Of a stretch of DNA of 64,000 bases, positions 1 through 9,640 are shown piece by piece. The stretch spans positions 128,001 to 192,000 of the forward strand of contig CAWDKY010000029.1 of NCBI GenBank assembly GCA_963802945.1, read 5' to 3'. The notes beneath the pieces were generated by a model, which saw nothing but the letters and a program-made list of their open reading frames with translations, ran no database searches and was not told where the DNA came from. Position 1 is the stretch's first letter, and every line of letters begins with the position of its first letter. This stretch comes from an uncultured delta proteobacterium. GTDB taxonomy: Bacteria > Desulfobacterota > RBG-13-43-22. The position numbers and the translations under genes were made by a program.

Positions 1-2
1 CC

Positions 3-158
3 AGTCTGGTCGGAATGGGGGCTCTGACCCTGGCCCGCCATCCGGCCCTTTATTCCATCGGCATCACCGTGCTTCTGGGTATGTGTGGGGCCATTCCCTC
101 GGCCCTTCTGGTTATCCCAGCCTTTTATCAAAATAATAAAGACGTGAACAATGGATAA
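3..158 (+). CDS. C-terminal end of an MMPL/RND-family lipid exporter (partial, runs off window)
   Basis: Frame 3 reads SLVGMGALTLARHPALYSIGITVLLGMCGAIPSALLVIPAF, the typical last TM helices of MMPL exporters in aryl-polyene-type clusters; stop overlaps the next ATG. Confidence 0.7.
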   Translation, partial: SLVGMGALTLARHPALYSIGITVLLGMCGAIPSALLVIPAFYQNNKDVNNG

Positions 159-540
159 CCTAAGATTCGCCATCCGATCATCGGCCTTGGGGTCCGTCAG
201 GGAAACGGAGCTAGGCCATTTTATCCAGTCCTATTGTTTTGCACCGGATTTTATCGGATTTTCCGGCCATTTTCCCGGATACCCCATTCTTCCCGCTTTT
301 ATTCAGGTGCTTATGGTTATGAATATGGCTGAAGAATTGAAAGGACGCAATCTAAGATTCTCCTCTCTGGAAAAGGCTAAATTTCAGAATAAAATATTTC
401 CTGGCCAAGAAATCGAAGTTCGCTTCAGGGAAAGGCTCATTAAAGGAAAGAAGGCTCTTGAGGCAACACTTGCGGTTGTTGATGGTCAAGCGGCTTCTTT
501 CCAGCTCACTATTGACGACAGGGCGGTAGGAAAGGAATGA
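151..540 (+). CDS. FabA/FabZ-like hotdog 3-hydroxyacyl-ACP dehydratase (ApeI-like)
   Basis: FSGHFPGYPILPA motif, KAKFQNKIFPG strand. Confidence 0.8.
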   Translation: MDNLRFAIRSSALGSVRETELGHFIQSYCFAPDFIGFSGHFPGYPILPAFIQVLMVMNMAEELKGRNLRFSSLEKAKFQNKIFPGQEIEVRFRERLIKGKKALEATLAVVDGQAASFQLTIDDRAVGKE

Positions 541-547
541 TATAGAG

Positions 548-1009
548 ATGCGCAAACCCTATTTCCCTTCCGTTAAAGGTAATCCTCCACCCCTTAGAAT
601 TCGGGTGGAGAGAAAGGTGAGATTTGAGGAGGTGGACCAACTGGGCATTGTCTGGCATGGACGTTATGCCAGTTTTTTCGAAGATGCGCGTAGCGCTGCA
701 GGAGAGAAGTACGGCTTCGGTTATCCAGACTTTAAAAGGAATAGAGTCAGCGCACCCATACGGATACTGCATACGGAATTCCTTATTCCTTTAAAATTTG
801 ACGAAACCTTTGTTGTCGAAGGCCTTCTTCATTGGACCGAGGCGGCCCGGATCAATATTGAGTACCTGATATGGAATTCTGATGGCCGCCTATCGACCAC
901 CGGATACACTGTGCAGGTGCTGCTGGACAAGGATGAACAACTTCTCCTGATTTCTCCTCCCTTTTACCAGGAATTCCGTGAAAAGTGGCGGGCAGGTGAA
1001 TTCCAATGA
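548..1009 (+). CDS. Acyl-CoA/ACP thioesterase (4HBT/YbgC family)
   Basis: VRFEEVDQLGIVWHGRYASFFEDAR motif. Confidence 0.85.
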   Translation: MRKPYFPSVKGNPPPLRIRVERKVRFEEVDQLGIVWHGRYASFFEDARSAAGEKYGFGYPDFKRNRVSAPIRILHTEFLIPLKFDETFVVEGLLHWTEAARINIEYLIWNSDGRLSTTGYTVQVLLDKDEQLLLISPPFYQEFREKWRAGEFQ

Positions 1010-2141
1010 GAGAAGTCTGGATTACAGATGCCGGGGTGGTGACCGCGGCCGGGAAAAACCTTGAGGACACCTGGAGGACCTCGCTATCCGGCCGGACGGC
1101 CATTCGGAAGATAGACCGATTTCCGGTCGAGGCCTACCGGTCGGAGGTCGGCGCATTAATTCAGGGGATAGAATCTTCCGGGGCAGCGTCATTGATTCAT
1201 AAAATCATGGACCTCCTTCTGGATCAGATGGATAAGGTTCCTGCCGATTCCCTGCTGATAACCGCCTCGACCAAGGCCGGCATCGACAACCTGGAAAAGA
1301 TCAAGCAGGGGACGGCCGCTGATTCCGAAGATATTTTACCGGCGTCGATGTCGAATTTGGTAAAGTCCAAACTGGATCTGAAGGGCGAGGTGTTGAACAT
1401 CAGCGCGGCCTGTGCCTCTTCCACCGTGGCTGTGGCCCAGGGAGCGCAGCTCATTGCCTCCGGAGCGGTGGAATCCGGTTGTGATCTGTTGCCGGGATAT
1501 CATCACTGAATTTGTTTTTTCAGGTTTTTCCGCCCTTCAAATCCTGTCGCCGTTTCCTTGCCAGCCTTTTGACCGGGACCGATCCGGTCTTTCCGTAGGA
1601 GAGGGGGGGGCCTTTATTATGCTCATGAGCGCCGAACGGGCACGGCGTCTTGGCTGCCCCCAAAAAGGGATTGTTGCCGGCGCAGGGATATCCAGTGATG
1701 CCCGGCACATCACTGCCCCGGACAGAAACGGGGCCGGTCTAATCAGGGCCATCACCGGAGCCATGAAAGGCGCCGGAGTGGAAAGGTCGGAGATAGCCGG
1801 GATCAGTGCTCATGGAACCGGTACGATTCACAATGACCTCATGGAATTAACCGCCTTTAAGACGGTTTTTGAAAAGCATTGTCCTCCGATTTACTCGGTG
1901 AAGGGGTGTATAGGCCATACCTTCGGGGCAGCGGGAGGGATCGAGATCGCCCTGGGGACCAGGATTCTGGCCGAACAAACTCTCCCGCCTACCGCAGGTT
2001 TTGTGCATCCGGAACAGGGGTGCGGAAGGATTAGTCAGCGCTCAACCCGTTTCCATAAAAGGGGATTATCTCCTGACAACGAACTCCGGTTTCGGCGGCA
2101 TCAATGCGGCCATCATCCTGAAAAGGGGGGAGTTATCGTGA
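1006..2141 (+). CDS. Beta-ketoacyl-ACP synthase (FabF-like), split by two +1 frameshifts (~1478, ~2018)
   Basis: Joined frames give AACASS (Cys), SAHGTGT, GCIGHTFGAAG and C-terminal NSGFGGINAA, ending at TGA 2139-2141. Confidence 0.8.
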
Positions 2142-2851
2142 AGGCTATGATAACCGGTGTCGGTTGGGTGAATAGCGCCGGCATGGGACAGGGGAAGCAG
2201 ACCATTTTTCGACGCGGGTCCAGTGAAGCCCGGTTGAAATTTTCGGCCAAGGGTGTTTTTGATAAACCGGTCCCACGCTACGGGAGAATGGATGAATATT
2301 CCCGGCTTGGGTTAACGGCCATAGCCCTGGCCCTGAAAGATGCGGAATTGGATCAATGGACGGAGAGGAGGAATATTGCTATGATAGCCTCAACGGTTTA
2401 CGGGTGCCTGCAAACGGATGCAAAATATTATGATACGGTCCGTGACGAGGGAGGGCGCCTGGCCAGCCCGAACCTTTTTGCTTATACCCTGTCCAACACC
2501 TTTCTGGGTGAGGTTTCTATTTATTTCGGATTGACAGGGGCCGGTTTTGTTATCCATGAAATGTCTCTTGCGGGCCTTTCCGGTTTGCGGTTGGCCATGA
2601 ACAGTATTTTGAGACAGGAGTGTGAGGCGGTCGTAACCGGGATTTGTGACGCCGGGCCGCCCCAGTCGCTTGGATTGACAGGGCGAGCGATCCCAGGGGC
2701 ACTCTTCTTTGTTCTCCAGGCGGAATCCGCAGGGCAAGGCTTGTCTTACGGGGCATTGACACAAAATAAAAGGGGTGCGGTTATTTTTGATGAGAAAAAA
2801 ATCGAAGAACTCCCTGACCTGGCCGAAAGGTGCACCAGAAAAATGAAATAG
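2138..2851 (+). CDS. Ketosynthase N-terminal-domain protein lacking catalytic Cys (chain-length-factor-like)
   Basis: GTG start overlapping the KS stop; RMDEYSRLG, ASPNLFAYTLSN; no active-site Cys. The ORF track fuses it to the upstream KS because of the frameshift. Confidence 0.75.
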   Translation: MKAMITGVGWVNSAGMGQGKQTIFRRGSSEARLKFSAKGVFDKPVPRYGRMDEYSRLGLTAIALALKDAELDQWTERRNIAMIASTVYGCLQTDAKYYDTVRDEGGRLASPNLFAYTLSNTFLGEVSIYFGLTGAGFVIHEMSLAGLSGLRLAMNSILRQECEAVVTGICDAGPPQSLGLTGRAIPGALFFVLQAESAGQGLSYGALTQNKRGAVIFDEKKIEELPDLAERCTRKMK

Positions 2852-2995
2852 GATTCCTGGATTCAAGGGGATAAGGGATTCAAGCGATTGAAAGGTGCAA
2901 GGTATAAGGTTCAAGGAAGAACCTTATACCTTGCACCTTATACCTTATACCGGCAGTTTCTTTGAACCCTCGAATCCTGGAATTTTCGAGTCCTA
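2851..2995. repeat. Nested imperfect palindrome built from 7-8 nt repeats (ggattcaa, aaggtat/atacctt)
   Basis: aaggtgcaaggtataaggttc ... gaaccttataccttgcaccttatacctt, flanked by ggattc/gaatcc units. Confidence 0.7.
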
Positions 2996-3026
2996 TTTTC
3001 GGAATAGATAAGGACAACAGTAACCC

Positions 3027-4295
3027 ATGAAGATGACACTCATCTATCCCACCTGGCCGAAATTGGAAGGACAGAGGGAATACCATTTGCCGCCCCACGG
3101 TCCGGTGGTGTTTGCCGCCGATGTCCCTCCCGAGGTCGATCTGACTTTTATTGATGAAAATGTTCAGGAGATCCCCTTCGATTCCTCTCCTGATGTGGTT
3201 GCCCTTTCCGTGATGCTCACCAGCCAGCTTCCCAGGGCCTTTGAGATTGCCCGGTATTTTCGTGGGCAGGGGATCACGGTCATTTTCGGCGGTATTGCCG
3301 TGATGCTTCATAGTGAAGAAGTGACGGATCACGCGGATTCAGTATTCCTGGGCGAAGTGGAGGGCCGATTTGCTGCCGTCCTTTCGGATTTCAAACAGGG
3401 CCGATTGAAAAAGGTATACAACTACATGAACGATTTCCCGGAGATAAATCTGGTGGGCACGGCCAGACGGGAGATCCTCAATCGTTCTTTCTACAACTAC
3501 CGTGGGGTCCAGATGTTTGACCTCGTTCATGCTTCCAGAGGGTGCAAATTCAATTGCTTTCCCTGCTGCACGGGTTTCCTGGGAGGGCGAAGGTTTCGTC
3601 CTCGGCCTATCGACCGGGTCATCGAAGAAATGGCCTCTATTCCTAACAACCGGTTGTTCATTGTTGACAACTCTCTGGCCCAGGACCGTCAATGGTTATT
3701 AGATCTGTTTTCGGCCATGATCCCCCTTAAAAAAAAGTGGGTATCCCATCCGATCCTTGATGATGACCAGGTACTTTCTCTGGCAGCCAAGGCCGGTTCC
3801 TGGTATGTGTACCAGGCCATTTTTGACACCTCGGAAGTGATCCGCAACCGGGTAAAAAGACTGAAAGACCATGGCATCGGCATTGAAGGCACTATTATTC
3901 TGGGAACAGACGACCAGGATGAGGATTATATCAAGAGACTGGTTGATTTTCTGTTGGAGATCGGGATTGATATGGCGGAGTTTACCATTATGACCCCTTT
4001 CCCTCACTCTCCTATAAGGGAACAGATGGAAAGGGAAGGCCGGATTCTCAGCAATAACTGGATTGACTACACGGCGGATAAGGTCGTCTTTCAACCCAAG
4101 CGCATGACCCCGGAAAAACTTCGTGAAATGTTTCATTACGCTTGGGACACCTTCTATCAGGGGGGGGGCTACCAGCTTAAAATGGGCGAACTTTTCAAAA
4201 AAGCCATTCGGCGGGAAATGGATGACGGGACCTACCGGAGATATGACGCCAGGAGGAAGCGGTCCTTTAAAACCGAGTTGAAAACCGATGAGTAG
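3027..4295 (+). CDS. B12-binding-domain radical SAM protein
   Basis: N-terminal cobalamin-binding-like domain (VIFGGIAV), SRGCKFNCFPC CxxxCxxC motif, TPFPHSP. Confidence 0.85.
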   Translation: MKMTLIYPTWPKLEGQREYHLPPHGPVVFAADVPPEVDLTFIDENVQEIPFDSSPDVVALSVMLTSQLPRAFEIARYFRGQGITVIFGGIAVMLHSEEVTDHADSVFLGEVEGRFAAVLSDFKQGRLKKVYNYMNDFPEINLVGTARREILNRSFYNYRGVQMFDLVHASRGCKFNCFPCCTGFLGGRRFRPRPIDRVIEEMASIPNNRLFIVDNSLAQDRQWLLDLFSAMIPLKKKWVSHPILDDDQVLSLAAKAGSWYVYQAIFDTSEVIRNRVKRLKDHGIGIEGTIILGTDDQDEDYIKRLVDFLLEIGIDMAEFTIMTPFPHSPIREQMEREGRILSNNWIDYTADKVVFQPKRMTPEKLREMFHYAWDTFYQGGGYQLKMGELFKKAIRREMDDGTYRRYDARRKRSFKTELKTDE

Positions 4296-5652
4296 GGTAT
4301 TTCTTCTTTCTTCTAATACCATGACCGAACCCTATCCGGTATATCCCTTGGGGATGGCGATAGTGGCTTCAGCCTTGGTCTCCGCCGGACACCAGGTTCA
4401 GCAGTTTGATTTCCTGGCCGAAGGCCGCAACTACAACCGTCTTCACCAGGCCATTCAAGAATTCAATCCCGATTTCGTCGGGGTTTCGATGCGCAATATC
4501 GACAATGTGGATTCCTTTACCTCGGAAGAATCCTGGGCCTTGGCCTTGGATAAGGAAATAATCAAGAGGATCAGAGGGGCTACTGGGGCCCCTGTGGTTT
4601 TGGGCGGATCGGCCTTCTCCCTCATGCCCGAAGAGATCCTTGAATTTGTCGGCGCCGATTATGGGATTATTGGGGATGGAGGAATTCTCTTTACTCATTG
4701 GCTTGAATGTTTTGAACAGGGACAAAAAATCCCTCTGATCTCAAGAGAGAACCATCCTCTCGATCTCGGTGATATGACCGTACCTCCTCTATGGAACGAA
4801 TCAATCATCAATTATTACAAAGAAAGCAGCAAAGTGATCGGCCTCAGGACCAAACGCGGCTGTCCCCATCACTGTGCTTATTGTACCTATCCGGCTTTGG
4901 AAGGGAGCAAGGTCAGACACAGGGAACCTGGATCAGTGATAGAGGATATCCGACGATTGCAAAAGGACTACCATATTGAAACTATTTTTTTTACCGATTC
5001 GGTATTTAACGATGATGAAGAAACCTATCTTGAGATGGTTGAGGAACTCATAAGAAGTGAAATCCGTATGCCCTGGTCGGCCTTTTTTCAACCTATAGGA
5101 ATCGAGAATAAACATTTACGGCGGTTAAAACGTTCTGGTCTCTATGCTGCGGAATCGGGGACGGATGCCTCCAGCGACGCAACCTTGGAGGGACTCAACA
5201 AGGGCTTTTGTTTCGACGATGTGGTGCATTTCAATGAGATTTGTCTTAATCAGGAGATCCCCTGCGCCCATTACATCATGTTCGGGGGACCCGGCGAGAC
5301 GAGAGGTACCGTCAAAGACGGATTAGACAATATTGAATTATTGAAGAACTGTGTTGTCCTGGCTTTTTCCGGGGTGCGTCTCTTACCCGGTACGCTCCTC
5401 TACTGGAAGGCCGTGAAAGAGGGAATTGTGCAGGAAGAGGACTCCCTTTTAAAGCCCGTTTTTTATTTTTCTCCTGATATTGAGCCCGAAACCATGAATA
5501 AGACCCTTGCAGAGGCCTTCAAACATCAGCGACAAAGGATTTTTCCTCCCTCCGCATGCCAGGAAAAACTTAAGCTCCTGAGACGTTTCGGTTACCGGGG
5601 CCCCCTGTGGGAAACACTGATTTCTTTTAACAAAGCCCAGTTAAGGAAATGA
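4288..5652 (+). CDS. Lipid-biosynthesis-associated B12-binding radical SAM protein
   Basis: PYPVYPLG, RNIDNV, TKRGCPHHCAYCTYP, FFTDSVFND; matches the family recalled from anammox/deltaproteobacterial lipid clusters. Confidence 0.85.
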   Translation: MSRVFLLSSNTMTEPYPVYPLGMAIVASALVSAGHQVQQFDFLAEGRNYNRLHQAIQEFNPDFVGVSMRNIDNVDSFTSEESWALALDKEIIKRIRGATGAPVVLGGSAFSLMPEEILEFVGADYGIIGDGGILFTHWLECFEQGQKIPLISRENHPLDLGDMTVPPLWNESIINYYKESSKVIGLRTKRGCPHHCAYCTYPALEGSKVRHREPGSVIEDIRRLQKDYHIETIFFTDSVFNDDEETYLEMVEELIRSEIRMPWSAFFQPIGIENKHLRRLKRSGLYAAESGTDASSDATLEGLNKGFCFDDVVHFNEICLNQEIPCAHYIMFGGPGETRGTVKDGLDNIELLKNCVVLAFSGVRLLPGTLLYWKAVKEGIVQEEDSLLKPVFYFSPDIEPETMNKTLAEAFKHQRQRIFPPSACQEKLKLLRRFGYRGPLWETLISFNKAQLRK

Positions 5653-5670
5653 CCTGGAGGGAGTCTGATT

Positions 5671-6456
5671 TTGTCTGAAAACTTAAAAGTCATCCTCGTC
5701 ATCCCGGTATACAATCATGGGAAAACCTTAAGTGAGGTGGTCCATCAGGCCCTTGAAACGGGCGCCGAGGTCATGGTGGTTGACGACGGCAGTACTGATG
5801 GGGGCCTGGAAACGCTTTCCGGGCTTCAGGTAATGACCATCCGCCATCCGCAAAACAGGGGTAAGGGGGCGGCCATCCTAACAGCGGCCAAGGAAGCCGG
5901 AAGACTCGGGATGACCCATATGGTCACCATAGATGCCGATGGGCAGCATGACCCGGGTGATTTTTTACGCTTCCTCCCAATGATCCGGGAAAATCCACTG
6001 GCCATGGTCATAGGAACAAGGGTTTTTGACAAAAAGGCTACTCCTTTGTTATCTCGATTCGGCCGGAGTTTTTCCAATTTCTGGTTCAGGATACAGACCG
6101 GCCATTCTTTAAAGGACACCCAGAGCGGTTTCCGGGTCTATCCGGTTGCTGTCCTATCCTGGTTAAAGCTCCACGAGAAACGATTTTCCTTCGAAGTGGA
6201 AGTGTCAGTGAAGGCTGCCTGGGCCGGTATCGAAATCAAGGAAGTGGATATTTCGGTCCATTATCCCCTCTACGGTGAACGGGTTTCGCATTTTCACCTT
6301 TTCAAAGACAATCTGGCCCTTACCTTACTCAACACCCGGCTCACCCTAAGGGCCTTTATCCCTATGCCACACAGGCAGTTTTCCAACCTTCAAAAACCCT
6401 TAGGAAAAGATAATGATCTTTCACCTTATGAAGTTTTTGAGGAAAAGCATGAATAG
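5671..6456 (+). CDS. Glycosyltransferase family 2 (C-terminally truncated)
   Basis: IPVYN, VVDDGSTDG, NRGKGAA, DADGQH, DTQSGFRVYP. Confidence 0.85.
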   Translation: MSENLKVILVIPVYNHGKTLSEVVHQALETGAEVMVVDDGSTDGGLETLSGLQVMTIRHPQNRGKGAAILTAAKEAGRLGMTHMVTIDADGQHDPGDFLRFLPMIRENPLAMVIGTRVFDKKATPLLSRFGRSFSNFWFRIQTGHSLKDTQSGFRVYPVAVLSWLKLHEKRFSFEVEVSVKAAWAGIEIKEVDISVHYPLYGERVSHFHLFKDNLALTLLNTRLTLRAFIPMPHRQFSNLQKPLGKDNDLSPYEVFEEKHE

Positions 6457-6900
6457 AGAAGGGCAGTCAAGGGAAAATCCGGATCAACGGACCAGCCGAA
6501 GTCTCGGTTCAAATTTTCAGCACCATATTTTCTATGCCCTTATTTGGTTCGGCGGATCAAAGGCTGCTTAGGCCCTACTTTATAGAATTGCCATGTATTT
6601 TACTTTTTACTCCGGCGATCAGGGGAAAAGTGTACTATTATCTGCAGCGGAGGTTTGAGACGAAAAATTTATTAAAAAAAGGTTGAACAGCTTCCGTATT
6701 TATGTCAATTTTGGAATGGTTTAGATCGATGAGGCCGTCATCGGGATCCATGGGCCGGATATGATGAAGGTGGCTTTTGATGATCGAGAAACCATACGGG
6801 CACTAGATCATCCCTATGTTGCCTAATTTGTCGAGGCCTTGGAAGCGTGCGTCCAAAGGTATCCCTGTTATAATATGTGGGAAGAAGATCTGGAAGTAAT
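6449..6900 (+). pseudogene. Decayed LpxL-like (lipid A/lysophospholipid) acyltransferase
   Basis: N-terminal remnant TSRSLGSNFQHHIFYALIWFGG with in-frame stops, and C-terminal remnant PYVA*FVEALEACVQRYP..YNMWE; the middle is deleted. Confidence 0.6.
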
Positions 6901-6922
6901 TTAAGGGAAGAAAGGTCGTCTT

Positions 6923-7177
6923 ATGACCATTAAAGAAAAGCTGAAAAAAATGATTGTGGAAGAACTCAAACTGGAAGAGATCCAACCCGAAGAGATCGAG
7001 GATGATGCCCCTCTGTTCGGCGAGGGATTGGGACTCGATTCTTTGGATGCCGTTGAACTCGTTGTTCTTATTGAAAAGCATTTTGGAGTTGAAATCAAGA
7101 ACCTTGATAAAGGGCGTGTTGCCTTCCAGTCGATTAATACATTGGCTGCTTTCATAGAGGAGAGACAGGTTTCATGA
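6923..7177 (+). CDS. Acyl carrier protein (aryl-polyene type)
   Basis: LFGEGLGLDSLDAVELV phosphopantetheine site. Confidence 0.9.
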   Translation: MTIKEKLKKMIVEELKLEEIQPEEIEDDAPLFGEGLGLDSLDAVELVVLIEKHFGVEIKNLDKGRVAFQSINTLAAFIEERQVS

Positions 7178-8379
7178 GCTTCACCTCCTCTGTGGCTATA
7201 ACCGGAATGGGCTGTCTGTGTGCCCCGGGTCATACCCTTACGGAATGCATGGATGCCCTTTTCAGGGGGGAAAGAAATCCTGCTCCGTCTTCAAGATTCC
7301 ATTCCGATCATTCGGTTTCCTATCCGGTTTTTGAAGTTACCGACGACCTGACATCGTTAAAAATCAAGGGGACCAAAAATGGCTCGCGTACTGCCAGGCT
7401 GGCCATGGCCGCGGCCTTGGAAGCCATCGGCAATGCCGGACTGGATAAGGAATGGATTCGTTCAAAACGGGTAGGGGTCTGTATGGGTACAACTGTAGGC
7501 AGTGCCATGAACAATGAAGCTTTTTATCGACAATACCGACAGGACGAGGAGCCGGATATGGACCCCATCACCAGGTTTCTTAACAATAATCCAGCGTCGG
7601 TTCTGTCCAGGGCGTTTAATCTGACCGGGCCCTGTCAGACAGTGGTCAATGCCTGTTCTTCCGGTACTGATGCGGTCGGACTCGGGGCCCTCTGGATTCA
7701 ATCGGGACTATGCGATATCGTACTGGCCGGCGGGGCCGATGAACTTTGCCATGTCACCTACAATGGATTTATCTCGCTTATGGTTACCGACGACTTGCCC
7801 TGCAAACCCTTTGATGTAGAACGGAAAGGTCTGAATCTGGGTGAAGGTGCTGCCGTGCTGGTTTTGGAATCCGAAGATTCAAGTCAGGCCAGGAAGAAAC
7901 AGGCCCGGGCCTTTGTCCGGGGGTACGGAGCCTCCTGCGATGCTTATCACCTGACCGCCCCTCATCCCCAGGGATATGGTCTAAAACGGGCGATTGAAGA
8001 GGCCATGGAAATAAGCGGCTCTGCTGCTTCGGATCTGGCCTTCGTCAATGCCCACGGAACAGGCACCAAGGATAATGACCGAGTCGAGTCTCAAGTCTTT
8101 AGTGACCTTTTACCAGGGATTCCTTTCCTTTCCACCAAGGGATATACGGGTCACACCCTGGGTGCGGCCGGGGCCATTGAAGCGGCTTTCACCGTGGCCT
8201 GTCTGGAAGAGGGGAGGATACCGAAAAGTGTCGGTTTCACCACCTCTGATCCGGAATTACCATGTTCCCCTGCAGGAATGGAAATGAGCGTTAAAGGAGC
8301 TGTTGCCCTTTCAGAGTCCCTGGCCTTTGGCGGCCATAACGCAGTTCTGATCATTGGGATAGAAAGAGGTCTGTTATGA
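7174..8379 (+). CDS. Beta-ketoacyl-ACP synthase (FabF-like)
   Basis: NACSSG, NAHGTGT, GYTGHTLGAAG, SLAFGGHNA. Confidence 0.9.
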   Translation: MSFTSSVAITGMGCLCAPGHTLTECMDALFRGERNPAPSSRFHSDHSVSYPVFEVTDDLTSLKIKGTKNGSRTARLAMAAALEAIGNAGLDKEWIRSKRVGVCMGTTVGSAMNNEAFYRQYRQDEEPDMDPITRFLNNNPASVLSRAFNLTGPCQTVVNACSSGTDAVGLGALWIQSGLCDIVLAGGADELCHVTYNGFISLMVTDDLPCKPFDVERKGLNLGEGAAVLVLESEDSSQARKKQARAFVRGYGASCDAYHLTAPHPQGYGLKRAIEEAMEISGSAASDLAFVNAHGTGTKDNDRVESQVFSDLLPGIPFLSTKGYTGHTLGAAGAIEAAFTVACLEEGRIPKSVGFTTSDPELPCSPAGMEMSVKGAVALSESLAFGGHNAVLIIGIERGLL

Positions 8380-9503
8380 GGCTGGCCATTCAAGGGGTTG
8401 GTGTGGTTGGTGGATTCGGCTGTGGCGTAGAAGCCTTAAGCCATGCGCTGGCTAATCAAGAGTCCAAGAGACAGAGTGTTTCTATCAAAACCGCCCAGGG
8501 AATGTGCAAGGTACCCGCCTTTCTGGCCGATACCTCCAGACTTGAGGATTTCGTGAATAAGAAGGCCCTGCGCAGGATCGATCACTATTCAAAACTGGCT
8601 CTGCTGGGGGCTTATCTGGCTCTCAATGATGCCGGCGGGGGTGCCGGACAATCAGAGGCAGACCGACAAAGGATGGGCATGATCATAGCTACCGGCTATG
8701 GGGCCTGCCGAACCACCTTTACCTTTCTTGATTCGTTTATTAATGACGGAGATAAATTTTCATCGCCGACCTATTTCTCAAATTCCGTTCATAATGCCGC
8801 CTTGGCCAACGTTTCCATGCTTTTGGGCATAACCGGGCCTGGTTTGACCGTAAGTCAACTCGAGATGTCCATCCCATCGTCCCTCTTTACCGCCAGAAAC
8901 TGGCTGGAAGAAGGCCGGGTCGATTCAGTACTTTTTGGGGGGATCGATGAATACTGTGATGTTCTGGGCTACTGTTGGCACCGTTTTTTTGGAGAACAAG
9001 GGGATACCGGCCAGGACATGAATCCTCTCTCTTTCAATCTGCAGAGCGCCATGCCCGGAGAAGGGGCGGCCTTTTTTTTGCTGACAAGAGCAGAAAAAGA
9101 CATGACTCCCTATGGGTGTATTGGTGATATAGCCATGGGGAGATTCGATCGAGGAAATTTAGAAGTGCCTGAAGAAGCAGTGCTGATCATCGGTGCTGAT
9201 GGTCAGAAAAAGTGCGGGAGTTATTATAAACGATATATTCCCGAGAGTGCACCGATGGCCTGTTACACCCCTCTCTATGGAAGCCTTCCGGTTGGCCCGG
9301 CCTTCGATATGGCCATAGCTGCTTTATCCATAAAAAACAACAAGGTTTTTCCTTCTCCCCATTGCCTCACGGAGATTCCTGAGATGAGGATCATAAGCAA
9401 AGAGACTGATCTCGCTTGGGAAAAAATCTGCTGCTTAAAAATAGACGGTTATGGTGAATGGGGAAGAATTACTTTGAGTGCTTTTCCTCTTTCCATCCTT
9501 TAA
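8376..9503 (+). CDS. Chain-length-factor-like ketosynthase homolog (no catalytic Cys)
   Basis: LRRIDHYSKLA, SPTYFSNSVHNAA; the Cys position reads SQLEMS. Confidence 0.8.
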   Translation: MRLAIQGVGVVGGFGCGVEALSHALANQESKRQSVSIKTAQGMCKVPAFLADTSRLEDFVNKKALRRIDHYSKLALLGAYLALNDAGGGAGQSEADRQRMGMIIATGYGACRTTFTFLDSFINDGDKFSSPTYFSNSVHNAALANVSMLLGITGPGLTVSQLEMSIPSSLFTARNWLEEGRVDSVLFGGIDEYCDVLGYCWHRFFGEQGDTGQDMNPLSFNLQSAMPGEGAAFFLLTRAEKDMTPYGCIGDIAMGRFDRGNLEVPEEAVLIIGADGQKKCGSYYKRYIPESAPMACYTPLYGSLPVGPAFDMAIAALSIKNNKVFPSPHCLTEIPEMRIISKETDLAWEKICCLKIDGYGEWGRITLSAFPLSIL

Positions 9504-9640
9504 GATCAAGTGCAATGTTTCCCTGATTTTCAAGGGCTACCAGTAAGGGTTTATTAAGTTCTTCTATTCACTTGATGACCTTTTAAAACCAGGGAAAAGG
9601 ACTAAAGTTGAGGGCATTGGGTACGACTCCTCCTCAGAAA

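Noticed and set aside
1412-2851. 479-aa ORF suggesting a KS-CLF fusion protein
   Set aside because: Artefact of a +1 frameshift at ~2018; the real KS C-terminus (NSGFGGINAA) is in another frame and stops at 2141, overlapping a GTG start.
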